Assembly: GCA_031423495.1 (NCBI GenBank)
Contig: JANPFP010000152.1
Span: forward strand, 2,168-66,167
Origin: Acidobacteriota bacterium
GTDB taxonomy: Bacteria > Acidobacteriota > Blastocatellia > RBC074
DNA length: 64,000 bases
Direction of reading: 5' to 3'
Shown: one piece after another, positions 38,496-47,407 of the stretch
Position numbering within the stretch: the stretch's first letter is position 1
Layout of the letters: each line of letters opens with the position of its first letter
Translations under genes and position numbers: made by a program
Notes under the pieces: generated by a model
What the model was told of the DNA's origin: nothing
Seen by the model: the letters and a program-made list of their open reading frames with translations, nothing else
Databases searched by the model: none

Positions 38496-41285
38496 TTATG
38501 GCGCGCTTCCGAGCGTATAACGCAAAAAAACCGTCGCCACGTTGGCGTGATAGGTGCCATAACGCGCATCCTGAAAAAGATACTTCGGGACATCGCTGGT
38601 GATCGTTCCATGCACGTAAGGCTGCAGCGTATTGAAGCTGAAATCATCCTGCGTGTAGGGTTCATACCAGTAACGCATGCCTAGCTCAAGCCCCTGCCTG
38701 ATCCTGCGCGTAACGGCGAGATTGACATCGTGCCGCCGTATGACGGTATCGGGATAGGGGTTCGCCCCCGCATGCAGGATTGAATCTGCGCGCACAATGA
38801 ATGGGTTGAAGGTGCTGATGCGGTCGCGCGCAAAAGAAAGCGCATACGAAATATCCAACTGCCACTTTCCTTGCTGAGGCGCGGCGCTGATGCCGGTTTC
38901 AAAACTGTCCAGACTGCTGCGGCTGGTGCGCTCCCAGGTATTGGCGATGGGGAATTGCGCCAGTACCCCTTGCACGATAGCGCCCGGGGGAGCGGCGGGG
39001 TTGGGCAGCAGGTGCGCCAGGTCCCGATACCGTAACCGGTTGGTCTCGCGTGAATAGCTGGCAAAAAAGAAACTTTGGTTCAAGAAGGTAAACGAGAACT
39101 GGGCGTCGAGAAACGAGAGGTGATTGAAGGTACGCCCGTAAAAACTCTGGTCGTAACCTTCCGCCAGATAACGATAGGTAGCCGAGAAATTCGTGCGGCT
39201 GAGTTTCGTCAGCACCGGTTCAGCGTCATCAGCCGCTGCTGCTGCTTTCCCAGGTTCTGGGGGAGCCGGTACCTTAAATTTTTTGCGCGGCAACAACTCG
39301 ATGGTCAGGCTTAGGTCATTGCGGGTTCTATCGGTCTGATCAAAGCGGCGCAAGAGATTGAATTCAATGGGGAAGCCTCTGTTCATTCTCGTGAACGACG
39401 TTACTACCCAGGCGCCTTGGGGACTACTCGCCGGGGCGCCTTGGTAACCATTATTCGTACCTGTGCCAAAGGCGAGCGCGCACTGATCCGGTGGCGTCAA
39501 ATTTGGCACCGCATTCGCAGGGCAAAACGTCAATGGCTGAGAGTTGTAGGACGTCGCGCGCCGGTTCGAGTAGCGGTAATCGGCCTTAAAACCAACTCCC
39601 GCGTCAGTGGTCAAATCCAGCCGGTTTCTGATGCTGTGTTCATTGTTACGATTCACATCCCGAAACTTGCGGTTCCAAAGCTCTCCGTCATAGTCCACTC
39701 GCCAGGTCAATGATACGTCTGGCCGGCAAATGCTCGCGGTGTTGCCGATCACGCAAGGCACCTGTTGCGGCAACAGCTCCCAGACAAAGCCCGCGCCCAG
39801 ATTCTGGCGTCTAAAATCCCAATCGAGGTTCTCGATGGGCAGGTTGTAAAAATCTGTCCTCGCTGCCCGCCACGTCGAATCGCCAAATGCGGCATAGCCC
39901 GGGAACTCAAGCGAGCGGGTTTGAGTGTCCAGGGATTGCGCACGGTATTGCGCCTGAAAGCGGAAGTTTTTACTGCGGTTTACCAGGGCGTATTCCTGGT
40001 GAATGTTGCGCATCTTCCCGTTCAGGCTTTGTGCCGGAAGCTCCTTGACGTCGGTGGGATTGTTGATTGGGGATATCCCGTCCCAGTCCCTTGGCCTGAT
40101 GGCCGTGTTCAGCGTCCACGGGAGGAAGGCATCGTTCTGCGTCCAGTAAGCCAACGAGAAAAGGCCGCGCAATTGGGTTTTCGGCGTCAGGTCAGCGTTC
40201 GCCCAAAAATTGATGGTGTGAGAATCGTTGTTGGGAGCCAGGTCGCTCTGCCACCGCACTTGGCGGAATCTATTCGCGGCGCCACAGGTTAGCGAAGGCG
40301 GAGTTGTTAGATTATTAGGAGTACATCCTTGCTCGTCAGTGGTCCGAAAAGGATTTTCGAAAGTCAGCGATCCGACACGGTTGCGAAAGAGCGAAAGGTC
40401 GTAGTCCACACCAGCATTCCATTTCTTGCCGGTGAACTGCGCTCCCGCCTTGAGGTCGGTCGTCCGATAGTCGAGCGGCTCTAGAAACTCTTGCCCGATC
40501 CCTTCCCATAAGCCCCCGATGTCTGCGAGGCCATTCGCAGGAACGGGTCGCCGGACGAATGAGCCGACGGACATGGGGCGCGTCCCGCGAGTGCGCAACC
40601 GACTAAACTGGACGTACAACTCGACCTTATCCGTGAGGCGGTAATCCTGCCTGAAGAGAGCTTGATCCCGACGGAGCCGCACCTCGGTGACGGGCGCAGT
40701 CTGTAGCTCCTGGCGAATAAGGTTCGACACTTCGGAGGTCGGACTGATGCGCGCTTCTGGGCTGGTCAGGGCTTGCAGGCGCGCGCGCAGCGTAGGGCTG
40801 ACTTGATATACGCCGGGCGCGGTGTATTGCAGGAAAGACCTGCCGTTGCCGAAGGCGTGCGGGACCTGATCCCAGACAAATTGCGTTCGGTATTTACCAA
40901 TCTTCCCTACCTCTGCCGTGAAACGCTGGTCAAGCTGGCGAATCTCAAAGCCTCTCAGCGAGAGAAAGTAAGGAGAATCGGCGGAATTAAAATCCAGCTT
41001 CAAATTCTGAACAAAGAACCCTTTGGGAACATCGCGCACTTCCTGAAACTTGGCGGGATGGTCGCCTTGCGTGTCCCGCGTCTGTCCGCCGAATTCGATG
41101 GTGGTCTTTACTCTGGGCGGTATGGTTGTCTTGTCTATTTCAGGTGCCTTCGCTGGCTCAGGCGCTTTCGCTGGTGGTGTCTGGCCCCAAACGTGAGGCG
41201 TAAACAGGAACGTCGAGAGTACGCAAGCGATGAAAGCGAACTCGACGCGAAGAATCGGCTTAAGTCTGTGTGGTTGAATTTTCAC
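38496..41285 (-). CDS. MtrB/PioB-family outer membrane beta-barrel (decaheme-associated porin)
   Basis: 929 aa with a signal peptide, AKFQEVRDVP, EPLDYRTT, LAPNNDSH and LRRFDQTDRTRN motifs, directly downstream of a decaheme gene. Confidence 0.85.
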   Translation of the reverse strand: MKIQPHRLKPILRVEFAFIACVLSTFLFTPHVWGQTPPAKAPEPAKAPEIDKTTIPPRVKTTIEFGGQTRDTQGDHPAKFQEVRDVPKGFFVQNLKLDFNSADSPYFLSLRGFEIRQLDQRFTAEVGKIGKYRTQFVWDQVPHAFGNGRSFLQYTAPGVYQVSPTLRARLQALTSPEARISPTSEVSNLIRQELQTAPVTEVRLRRDQALFRQDYRLTDKVELYVQFSRLRTRGTRPMSVGSFVRRPVPANGLADIGGLWEGIGQEFLEPLDYRTTDLKAGAQFTGKKWNAGVDYDLSLFRNRVGSLTFENPFRTTDEQGCTPNNLTTPPSLTCGAANRFRQVRWQSDLAPNNDSHTINFWANADLTPKTQLRGLFSLAYWTQNDAFLPWTLNTAIRPRDWDGISPINNPTDVKELPAQSLNGKMRNIHQEYALVNRSKNFRFQAQYRAQSLDTQTRSLEFPGYAAFGDSTWRAARTDFYNLPIENLDWDFRRQNLGAGFVWELLPQQVPCVIGNTASICRPDVSLTWRVDYDGELWNRKFRDVNRNNEHSIRNRLDLTTDAGVGFKADYRYSNRRATSYNSQPLTFCPANAVPNLTPPDQCALAFGTGTNNGYQGAPASSPQGAWVVTSFTRMNRGFPIEFNLLRRFDQTDRTRNDLSLTIELLPRKKFKVPAPPEPGKAAAAADDAEPVLTKLSRTNFSATYRYLAEGYDQSFYGRTFNHLSFLDAQFSFTFLNQSFFFASYSRETNRLRYRDLAHLLPNPAAPPGAIVQGVLAQFPIANTWERTSRSSLDSFETGISAAPQQGKWQLDISYALSFARDRISTFNPFIVRADSILHAGANPYPDTVIRRHDVNLAVTRRIRQGLELGMRYWYEPYTQDDFSFNTLQPYVHGTITSDVPKYLFQDARYGTYHANVATVFLRYTLGSAP

Positions 41286-41294
41286 TTGCTCCTC

Positions 41295-42308
41295 CTAACG
41301 TGAAAGGGTTCTGCCGCCGGGGTGATTCGAGCCATGAACCATGGCGTGGCAATTGGCGCAGCCGCGATTGAACGACCAGATGTCCAGCGGTTTGCCGGCG
41401 GTGGTCGAATGGCGGGGCAACATATGAATGTGGCATTGCTGGCACAACAGATGAGGGCGCGCCGTCAGCAGCTTGGGATTGCTCGAACCATGTGGCGAGT
41501 GACAGCTCAGGCAATTCTCGCGGACCGGTGGATGGTCCCAGAGAAACGGGCCCCGTTTTTCGGCATGGCAGGTGTAACACAGACCATTGGCGGAATGATT
41601 GTTGAGCATCTTCCCGCCCTCTCCGCCATGAGCATTGTGGCAGGAAGAGCAACCGACCTTCATGTTGTGAGCCTCGGTGCGAAACAGGTGAGTAGAGCGC
41701 TTATTAAAGTCTGCCCGCCGGTTGCTGTGGCAGGAAAGGCAAGTCTCTTCCTCGGTGCGGCGCGTCAGCATTTTGGTCTCTGACTTGCCGTGGTGGGCGC
41801 TATGGCACGACAGGCAGCTCATGTCGTTGCGATCATGCGGGCCGCCGCGCCAGCCCAAATGAGTGCGATCACGGGCGTGGCATTGCAGACACGATTCGTT
41901 GACCTGCGCCATCTTCATATTGGGCGGATTGGCGATGTCTTTGGCTTCGAGCGTCTCAATGTGTTTCGTGCCGTCGCCGTGGCAGCTTTCGCAACTCGTA
42001 GCGCGCGCACCCCGCAGGAATTTGCCGCTCTTGCCGTGCGCGTCGAGCGCGTAGGAGTCCACGGTTTCTTTGTGGCACTGCACGCACTTCGCGCCGACGA
42101 CGATGGGTTGAGCCACCTGCGCAGCGGGTTTCGTTTGTGCCGGAGTTTGTGCCGGAGCTTGTGCGGGAGTTGGTACGGGAGTTTGGGCAGTAGGCCCAGT
42201 GGGCTTCATCAAGGCTAGAAACAGGCCGATGAAGATTACGCCAAACGATAAGGCTACAGTCCGTTTGGCGAAAGACAGAGAAGACATTCTGCTGACGTGT
42301 CGAATCAT
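41295..42308 (-). CDS. DmsE/MtrA/PioA-family decaheme c-type cytochrome
   Basis: Exactly 10 CxxCH motifs, plus EKRGPFLWDHPPV..NCLSCHSPHGS.NPKLL and CANCHAMVHGSNHP. Confidence 0.95.
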   Translation of the reverse strand: MIRHVSRMSSLSFAKRTVALSFGVIFIGLFLALMKPTGPTAQTPVPTPAQAPAQTPAQTKPAAQVAQPIVVGAKCVQCHKETVDSYALDAHGKSGKFLRGARATSCESCHGDGTKHIETLEAKDIANPPNMKMAQVNESCLQCHARDRTHLGWRGGPHDRNDMSCLSCHSAHHGKSETKMLTRRTEEETCLSCHSNRRADFNKRSTHLFRTEAHNMKVGCSSCHNAHGGEGGKMLNNHSANGLCYTCHAEKRGPFLWDHPPVRENCLSCHSPHGSSNPKLLTARPHLLCQQCHIHMLPRHSTTAGKPLDIWSFNRGCANCHAMVHGSNHPGGRTLSR

Positions 42309-42519
42309 GGGGAACCTCGATTTGTAGGGGAGAGGTTAATTTCAACAATGCCGAACGCGGCAGAGGTTAGTTGAAGTTATCTGTTCTTGCAATGGTGAAT
42401 GGCACTTCATTCCCTTGCCGCCGGAATGCCCGTGCCACTATAGTCGCGCGCATCGCAACTTGAATTTTAGCTCTACGCAACAGACGGTCATTCGTGATTG
42501 ACCGCCACGGTGTGTCCCC

Positions 42520-43701
42520 GTGAAAAGAACTTTCCCCACATTGTTGACGCTGTTTTTTATGCTGGCTGGCGTATGGCTTTACGTCGGCGCGCAGGGAAAA
42601 CGCGCCGCGCCTCCCGGCAAAATTGACTACGCTAAATTCAAACATTCATCGCACGCGGGCGCGCTCAAGGCTTCGCGCAAAGGCGGTGTCGAGCAACTCG
42701 ATTGCGCTTACTGCCACGGAACCCTAACGCCCAATAACCCAGAACTCGTGCGGGGTTATCCGTACCGAAAAAACGGACTGAAAACTGAGGCGACCCATTC
42801 TGCCTGCGCTGATTGCCACGCCATCAGTGGGCGCGAAGCCATCACCGAAGGCACGTTTCCGGCGATGTGTTTGATCTGCCATCAAACCGCCAGCTTCGCC
42901 GCAATGGGCAAGAACCTGCGCACGTTTCCCAATCCGGCGGCGGCATCGTCACAGTTCTTTGATCGTTATGCGCACCTCGAACACAGCGTCTATTTCGAAG
43001 CTTCTGCCTTGTTCAAAGAACGGTTCAAGGACAAAGCGAAGTTCAAGGAAGAAGACCGCTTTGAATGTGTCGCTTGTCATACGACGAATCAGGTAAAGAG
43101 CGTTATTGCCAAAACACAATTTGATGTCGGAGCGCGCGAAAGCCGTCCCAGTCATCCCGAATGTTTCGTCTGTCACTTCAATGAGAAAGAAGTGGCGAAA
43201 GACAAAGCGGCTTTCGCTACGAATTGCGTCGCGTGTCATGCGGTGAAGGGCGAGCCGGACGGCAAAGGCTCTGAGCTTGCGGTGCATTGGCTGGTGCGGC
43301 AGATCGTGAATCCCGAAAAGAATCCGGCCAGACCCAAGCGCGGTGAAGAACCGCTCAAGCCCTTCAGCCATAAATCGCACGAAGACGACGACGATAAATC
43401 AACTGCGAAATGTGTGGAGTGCCACGTTACGGCGAAGCGCGCCGTGCGGCGTTCGGATTTTTTTGCGGAAGACAGCGAGGAAACGAAAGAGAAGCAGCCG
43501 CCCGCTGCGGGCTGCATTGAGTGTCACAACAGCGAAGGGCAGATGCAGCAGAAAATCGAAGGCGCGGTAAAACTTGAAACTTCAAAGTGCGTTTATTGCC
43601 ACGCGCCCACGACAATGAAAGAGTTGGCAGCCAAAGGAGCGCTAATGCCGCCGCCAAGTCATCTCGGCAGGAAGCCCACCGTCCCCGCGAAGCCTCAATA
43701 A
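42520..43701 (+). CDS. Periplasmic nonaheme c-type cytochrome (three c3/c7-like triheme units)
   Basis: Signal peptide and 9 CxxCH motifs, each trio preceded by an (F/Y)xHxxH motif. Confidence 0.88.
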   Translation: MKRTFPTLLTLFFMLAGVWLYVGAQGKRAAPPGKIDYAKFKHSSHAGALKASRKGGVEQLDCAYCHGTLTPNNPELVRGYPYRKNGLKTEATHSACADCHAISGREAITEGTFPAMCLICHQTASFAAMGKNLRTFPNPAAASSQFFDRYAHLEHSVYFEASALFKERFKDKAKFKEEDRFECVACHTTNQVKSVIAKTQFDVGARESRPSHPECFVCHFNEKEVAKDKAAFATNCVACHAVKGEPDGKGSELAVHWLVRQIVNPEKNPARPKRGEEPLKPFSHKSHEDDDDKSTAKCVECHVTAKRAVRRSDFFAEDSEETKEKQPPAAGCIECHNSEGQMQQKIEGAVKLETSKCVYCHAPTTMKELAAKGALMPPPSHLGRKPTVPAKPQ

Positions 43702-43709
43702 ACCAAACT

Positions 43710-44690
43710 ATGCAGACGCGGAAAATCAAACTTATGCTCTTGCTCACAGCGGCCTTCGGCGCGGCGCTGAGTTTGCCGTTGGTCACGGCGCAAGAGAAAC
43801 CGGACTATGGTCGCTTCACGCATAAAACTCATACCGGCGCGGTCAAGCTGCCGGGTTCGCAGGAAACACGCGAGTTGAAATGCGACGCCTGCCACGAGCG
43901 GCTGATTACCCGTCAGCCCTTGCTTGCCGCCAACGAACACAATCAGCGCTTGCAAGTGAATTTTCCCGGACACAAAGCCTGCGTCGAATGCCACATCACG
44001 CAATTCACCAAGCGTCCGCTTCAGACTTGCGCGATTTGTCATAGTCTGGAAAAAGGCCAGGAAAAGGGATTAACCGCGCGTCCGTTGCAACGTGACTTTC
44101 CCGCGCGGCGCGATTACAACGCTTACTTCGACGGCAAGCAGCATCTGGATCATGTGAACAAGTACGCGATGGCTGATGGCAAGAAACTGGAATGTACCTC
44201 GTGTCATAAACCGACGGCGAAACAGGCGGCGCTCACGATTCCTTCGCACGCGGAATGTTACGTTTGCCACGCGCCCAACAGCAGCGACGCGAAGGCGAAG
44301 CTCAAGACCGATTGCAGCGTTTGCCATACGCAGCAGATGGCATCGCAGACGGTTGGGCGCGTCGAACCGTTCTCGGCGAAGTATACGAGCCGCGCGTTCG
44401 GCGCATTTTTTGCGCATCGCACGCACGTCACTTACGCGGGCGGCAGTTGCTCCGCCTGTCACACGCTCGAAGGAAAATATAATCAACCGCTGGCCGCACC
44501 GAGCAGCATTAGGGTGAAAGAACATCTTTCGCCCGGCGAGCGCAGCGGACGCGGTTGTTTCAGTTGCCACGACGGTGGAAAGCATTACGGACGCGCGGCC
44601 TTCAGCGGCGAAGACGCGGGCGCGTGCATCAAGTGTCATAAAACGCAGGACAAAAACGGACGACCACTGGTGCGCCCGACCGACGGATAA
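43710..44690 (+). CDS. Periplasmic nonaheme c-type cytochrome (three c3/c7-like triheme units)
   Basis: ATG at 43710 (MQTRK), signal peptide, 9 CxxCH motifs, and FTHKTH / HLDH / FAHRTH leaders. Confidence 0.88.
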   Translation: MQTRKIKLMLLLTAAFGAALSLPLVTAQEKPDYGRFTHKTHTGAVKLPGSQETRELKCDACHERLITRQPLLAANEHNQRLQVNFPGHKACVECHITQFTKRPLQTCAICHSLEKGQEKGLTARPLQRDFPARRDYNAYFDGKQHLDHVNKYAMADGKKLECTSCHKPTAKQAALTIPSHAECYVCHAPNSSDAKAKLKTDCSVCHTQQMASQTVGRVEPFSAKYTSRAFGAFFAHRTHVTYAGGSCSACHTLEGKYNQPLAAPSSIRVKEHLSPGERSGRGCFSCHDGGKHYGRAAFSGEDAGACIKCHKTQDKNGRPLVRPTDG

Positions 44691-44783
44691 TTGGACAGGA
44701 TTAACAGGATTTTCAGGATGGACAAGATGAAGATAACGGTGTAATGCCCATGTCGATTGGTCAATCCTGTTAATCCTGTCCAA
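44691..44783. repeat. 9-mer tandem (ACAGGATTA) inverted-repeat hairpin
   Basis: ttggacaggattaacaggatt (44691-44711) pairs with aatcctgttaatcctgtccaa (44763-44783). Confidence 0.75.
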
Positions 44784-44817
44784 TTTCTTCTCTGTGCTGA
44801 ATTAGTTTGGGAAAATC

Positions 44818-47316
44818 ATGCCCCACGAAATCACGAAACATACCGCTGTGCTGGAAGCCATCAAGAGCATCGAGGCCATCGCTGATCTCGTAGCCGCGCC
44901 CGGCGATCAATACGATTATGAGGTAGATCTCGAAGTCATCGTTTACGGTCGCAATTACAACGGCAAGAAAGTCGGGCCTTACGCGCGGCTGCTCACTTAC
45001 GATGCGGGCGAAGAAATTCTTCGTGAAGGCGCGTGGGGCGGCAACGCTTTTTACTTTGTCGTGCAGGGCGAGGCCGATGTGTTTGTCGCGGGGCCAGACG
45101 GCGAAACCAAAGTGGCTTATCTGCCGGTCGGCGCGCAGTTCGGCGAAATGTCTGTGTTAGCGGGCGGCATCCATTCAGCCACCGTGCGCGCGTCGGAAGA
45201 AGCGCCGATGCAGGTACTCGAAATCAGGCGGCCCGCGTTGCGCTTGTTGCGCAAGCTCCCCAAGTTCGGCGAACGGTTCGACATCACTTATCGCCGTTAC
45301 GCGCGCGCCGTCACGCTGCAAGACCTGGGCGCGGCGGCGCACCTCAGCCTCGCAGTCGTCAAGCAACTCGAAGCCGTGGCGAAGTTCCGCGTTTACTCGA
45401 AGCGGCATGTGTTGTTCCGCGCGGGCGAACCCATCGAGCATGTCTACGTTCTGCGTTCTGGTTGGGTGCGGCTGTCAAAGCAAGGTACGCAATTGCTCAA
45501 CGTCAGCGACGAAGAGAGCCGCGACTGGAACATCACGGCGAACGAAACTTATCTCGGCCCTTCGCATTGTTTCGGGCTGGAAGCCGTCACGCGCGACAGC
45601 GCCTGGACGCAAACCGGCGTCTTGCTGGGTCGCACCGAAGTGCTGGAAATTTCTCTCGCCAAGTTGCGCGAGGAACCTGAGTTGCGCGAACCCTTGCTGG
45701 CCGCGCTCGCGCCGCTCGCGGTGACGCCCGATGAAGCCGCGCAACGTCAGCCTTTGCCGATTGCGACGGCGCAAAAACAATTGATAGACACCGGTCTGGT
45801 AGACGGCGCGAATTTGTTGTTGATGGACATGGACTTATGCGTGCGCTGCGGCAACTGTTCGATGGCTTGCCATCAAGTCCACGGACAATCGCGCTTGCTG
45901 CGGCGCGGCATTCACATTACCCGTCCCGTGTCACTGAAGCCTGTGTTGTTAGAGAAAAAAGCGGGCAAGCCAACTACTGGTTTCCAGAGCCTGCTGTATC
46001 CTTCGGTTTGCATGCATTGCAAAGACCCTGAGTGCCTGACTGGTTGTCCGACCGGAGCCATTGGCCGTTTCGCGGGCGGACAGATAGACATCAATCCTGA
46101 GACCTGCATCGGTTGCAGCGACTGCGCTACGCAATGTCCTTACAACGCCATCTCGATGACACAACGGCAGCCACAAGTAGAAGTCATGGGCGCGCAACAG
46201 CGAGTGCTTAACTTGTTGCGGCTCGCGCCTGAACCGCTGCCCGCGCCGGTCACTGCGCCCACAGGAACCGGCGTCGAACTGCTTGCGGTCAAATGCAATC
46301 TTTGCGCAGGCACCGGCCTCAACCCGCCGGACGCCCAAACACCGGCTTATAGTTGCGAAGAAAATTGTCCGACGGGCGCGTTGCTGCGGGTGAATCCGCA
46401 CACTTATTTCGCCGAGATCAAACAGATCGAAGGCGTAGTCTTTCAGGATGCGACGCACGCCATCGCGCGCCACGTCTCGCATCAGGATCGCGGCAAACAG
46501 TTGATGCACGCTCTGGGTGCAACCGCCGTCGCGCTGCTCACGTTGCTTACGCTGTTGGGGCTGCGGCGTTATACGCACGACCTGCCCTTCTTGGGCAGTT
46601 GGTTCAGCATGCGTTGGCTGACTGGCCTGACAGGACTCATCGGGTTGGCGGGTGTGATGGCTTATCCGGTGCGACGAAGAATTTATCGCCAGCGCGCCGG
46701 GCCGCTGCGTTATTGGATGCTCGCGCATAGCTACCTCGGCGCGCTGGCGGGCATTGTCTTGCTGCTGCACGGCGGCGCGCGGTCAGGCGGCGCGTTGACG
46801 ACGGCACTGATGATCTCGTTCGATCTGGCAATTCTCACCGGCCTATTCGGCATCGTTTGTTATTTCTGCGTGCCGCGTTTGCTGACGAAAATCGAAGCGC
46901 AACCGCTGCTGCTCGAAGACCTCATCGCGCGCCGCGCGGAGTTGGCTGAAGAGTTGCGCGCCGCGCTCGCCGCCGCTTCTGACGAATCGCGCGCGTTGCT
47001 TGAGCAGCGAGCGTTCCCGCAGTTGTTGTCTCTCGGCTTTTTGCTGCGCCAGTACTTCAAGCGCGAAAGCCTCGAAGCGTTGACCGCCAGCGCGCAGCTT
47101 GAGTTCGAGTCAGCGGCAGACGGATTGCCCGCGCGCGAGCGGGACGGCTTTCGTCAAGCCATCGAACTCGCCGCCCTCAGTCGTCGCGTAGACGCGCTCA
47201 TATACCTGCATCAAACGCTCAAGCTGTGGGTGGCTCCGCATGTGCTGGCGACTTCGTTGATGCTGGCGCTGATGCTGGTTCACATAATTCAAGTGATCTA
47301 TTTTGCAGTGCGATGA
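44818..47316 (+). CDS. Two cNMP-binding-like domains + DmsB/NrfC-like 4x[4Fe-4S] domain + C-terminal cytochrome b-like membrane domain
   Basis: FGEMSVL..ATVRA and FGLEAV. Cys clusters CVRCGNCSMAC, CMHCKDPECLTGCP, CIGCSDCATQCP, CNLC...CEENCP. TM helices carry two H-x13-H pairs. Confidence 0.85.
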   Translation: MPHEITKHTAVLEAIKSIEAIADLVAAPGDQYDYEVDLEVIVYGRNYNGKKVGPYARLLTYDAGEEILREGAWGGNAFYFVVQGEADVFVAGPDGETKVAYLPVGAQFGEMSVLAGGIHSATVRASEEAPMQVLEIRRPALRLLRKLPKFGERFDITYRRYARAVTLQDLGAAAHLSLAVVKQLEAVAKFRVYSKRHVLFRAGEPIEHVYVLRSGWVRLSKQGTQLLNVSDEESRDWNITANETYLGPSHCFGLEAVTRDSAWTQTGVLLGRTEVLEISLAKLREEPELREPLLAALAPLAVTPDEAAQRQPLPIATAQKQLIDTGLVDGANLLLMDMDLCVRCGNCSMACHQVHGQSRLLRRGIHITRPVSLKPVLLEKKAGKPTTGFQSLLYPSVCMHCKDPECLTGCPTGAIGRFAGGQIDINPETCIGCSDCATQCPYNAISMTQRQPQVEVMGAQQRVLNLLRLAPEPLPAPVTAPTGTGVELLAVKCNLCAGTGLNPPDAQTPAYSCEENCPTGALLRVNPHTYFAEIKQIEGVVFQDATHAIARHVSHQDRGKQLMHALGATAVALLTLLTLLGLRRYTHDLPFLGSWFSMRWLTGLTGLIGLAGVMAYPVRRRIYRQRAGPLRYWMLAHSYLGALAGIVLLLHGGARSGGALTTALMISFDLAILTGLFGIVCYFCVPRLLTKIEAQPLLLEDLIARRAELAEELRAALAAASDESRALLEQRAFPQLLSLGFLLRQYFKRESLEALTASAQLEFESAADGLPARERDGFRQAIELAALSRRVDALIYLHQTLKLWVAPHVLATSLMLALMLVHIIQVIYFAVR

Positions 47317-47318
47317 AA

Positions 47319-47407
47319 CGGTTGCCGGTTGTCGGTTGTCGGTTGTTCGTGGTCAGCGAGCAGCGACCATTGACCACCAGTAACCGGCAACCGACAACCG
47401 GCAACCG
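47319..47407. repeat. Heptamer (CGGTTGT/ACAACCG) tandem hairpin between operon genes
   Basis: ggttgccggttgtcggttgtcggttg ... aaccggcaaccgacaaccggcaacc. Confidence 0.75.

Noticed and set aside
42399-42440. Sigma-54-like TGGCAC motifs in the divergent promoter of the cytochrome island
   Set aside because: The plus-strand copy has wrong spacing (N9) to TTGC, and the minus-strand copy reads TGGCACG-N4-TTCC, missing the conserved -12 GC.
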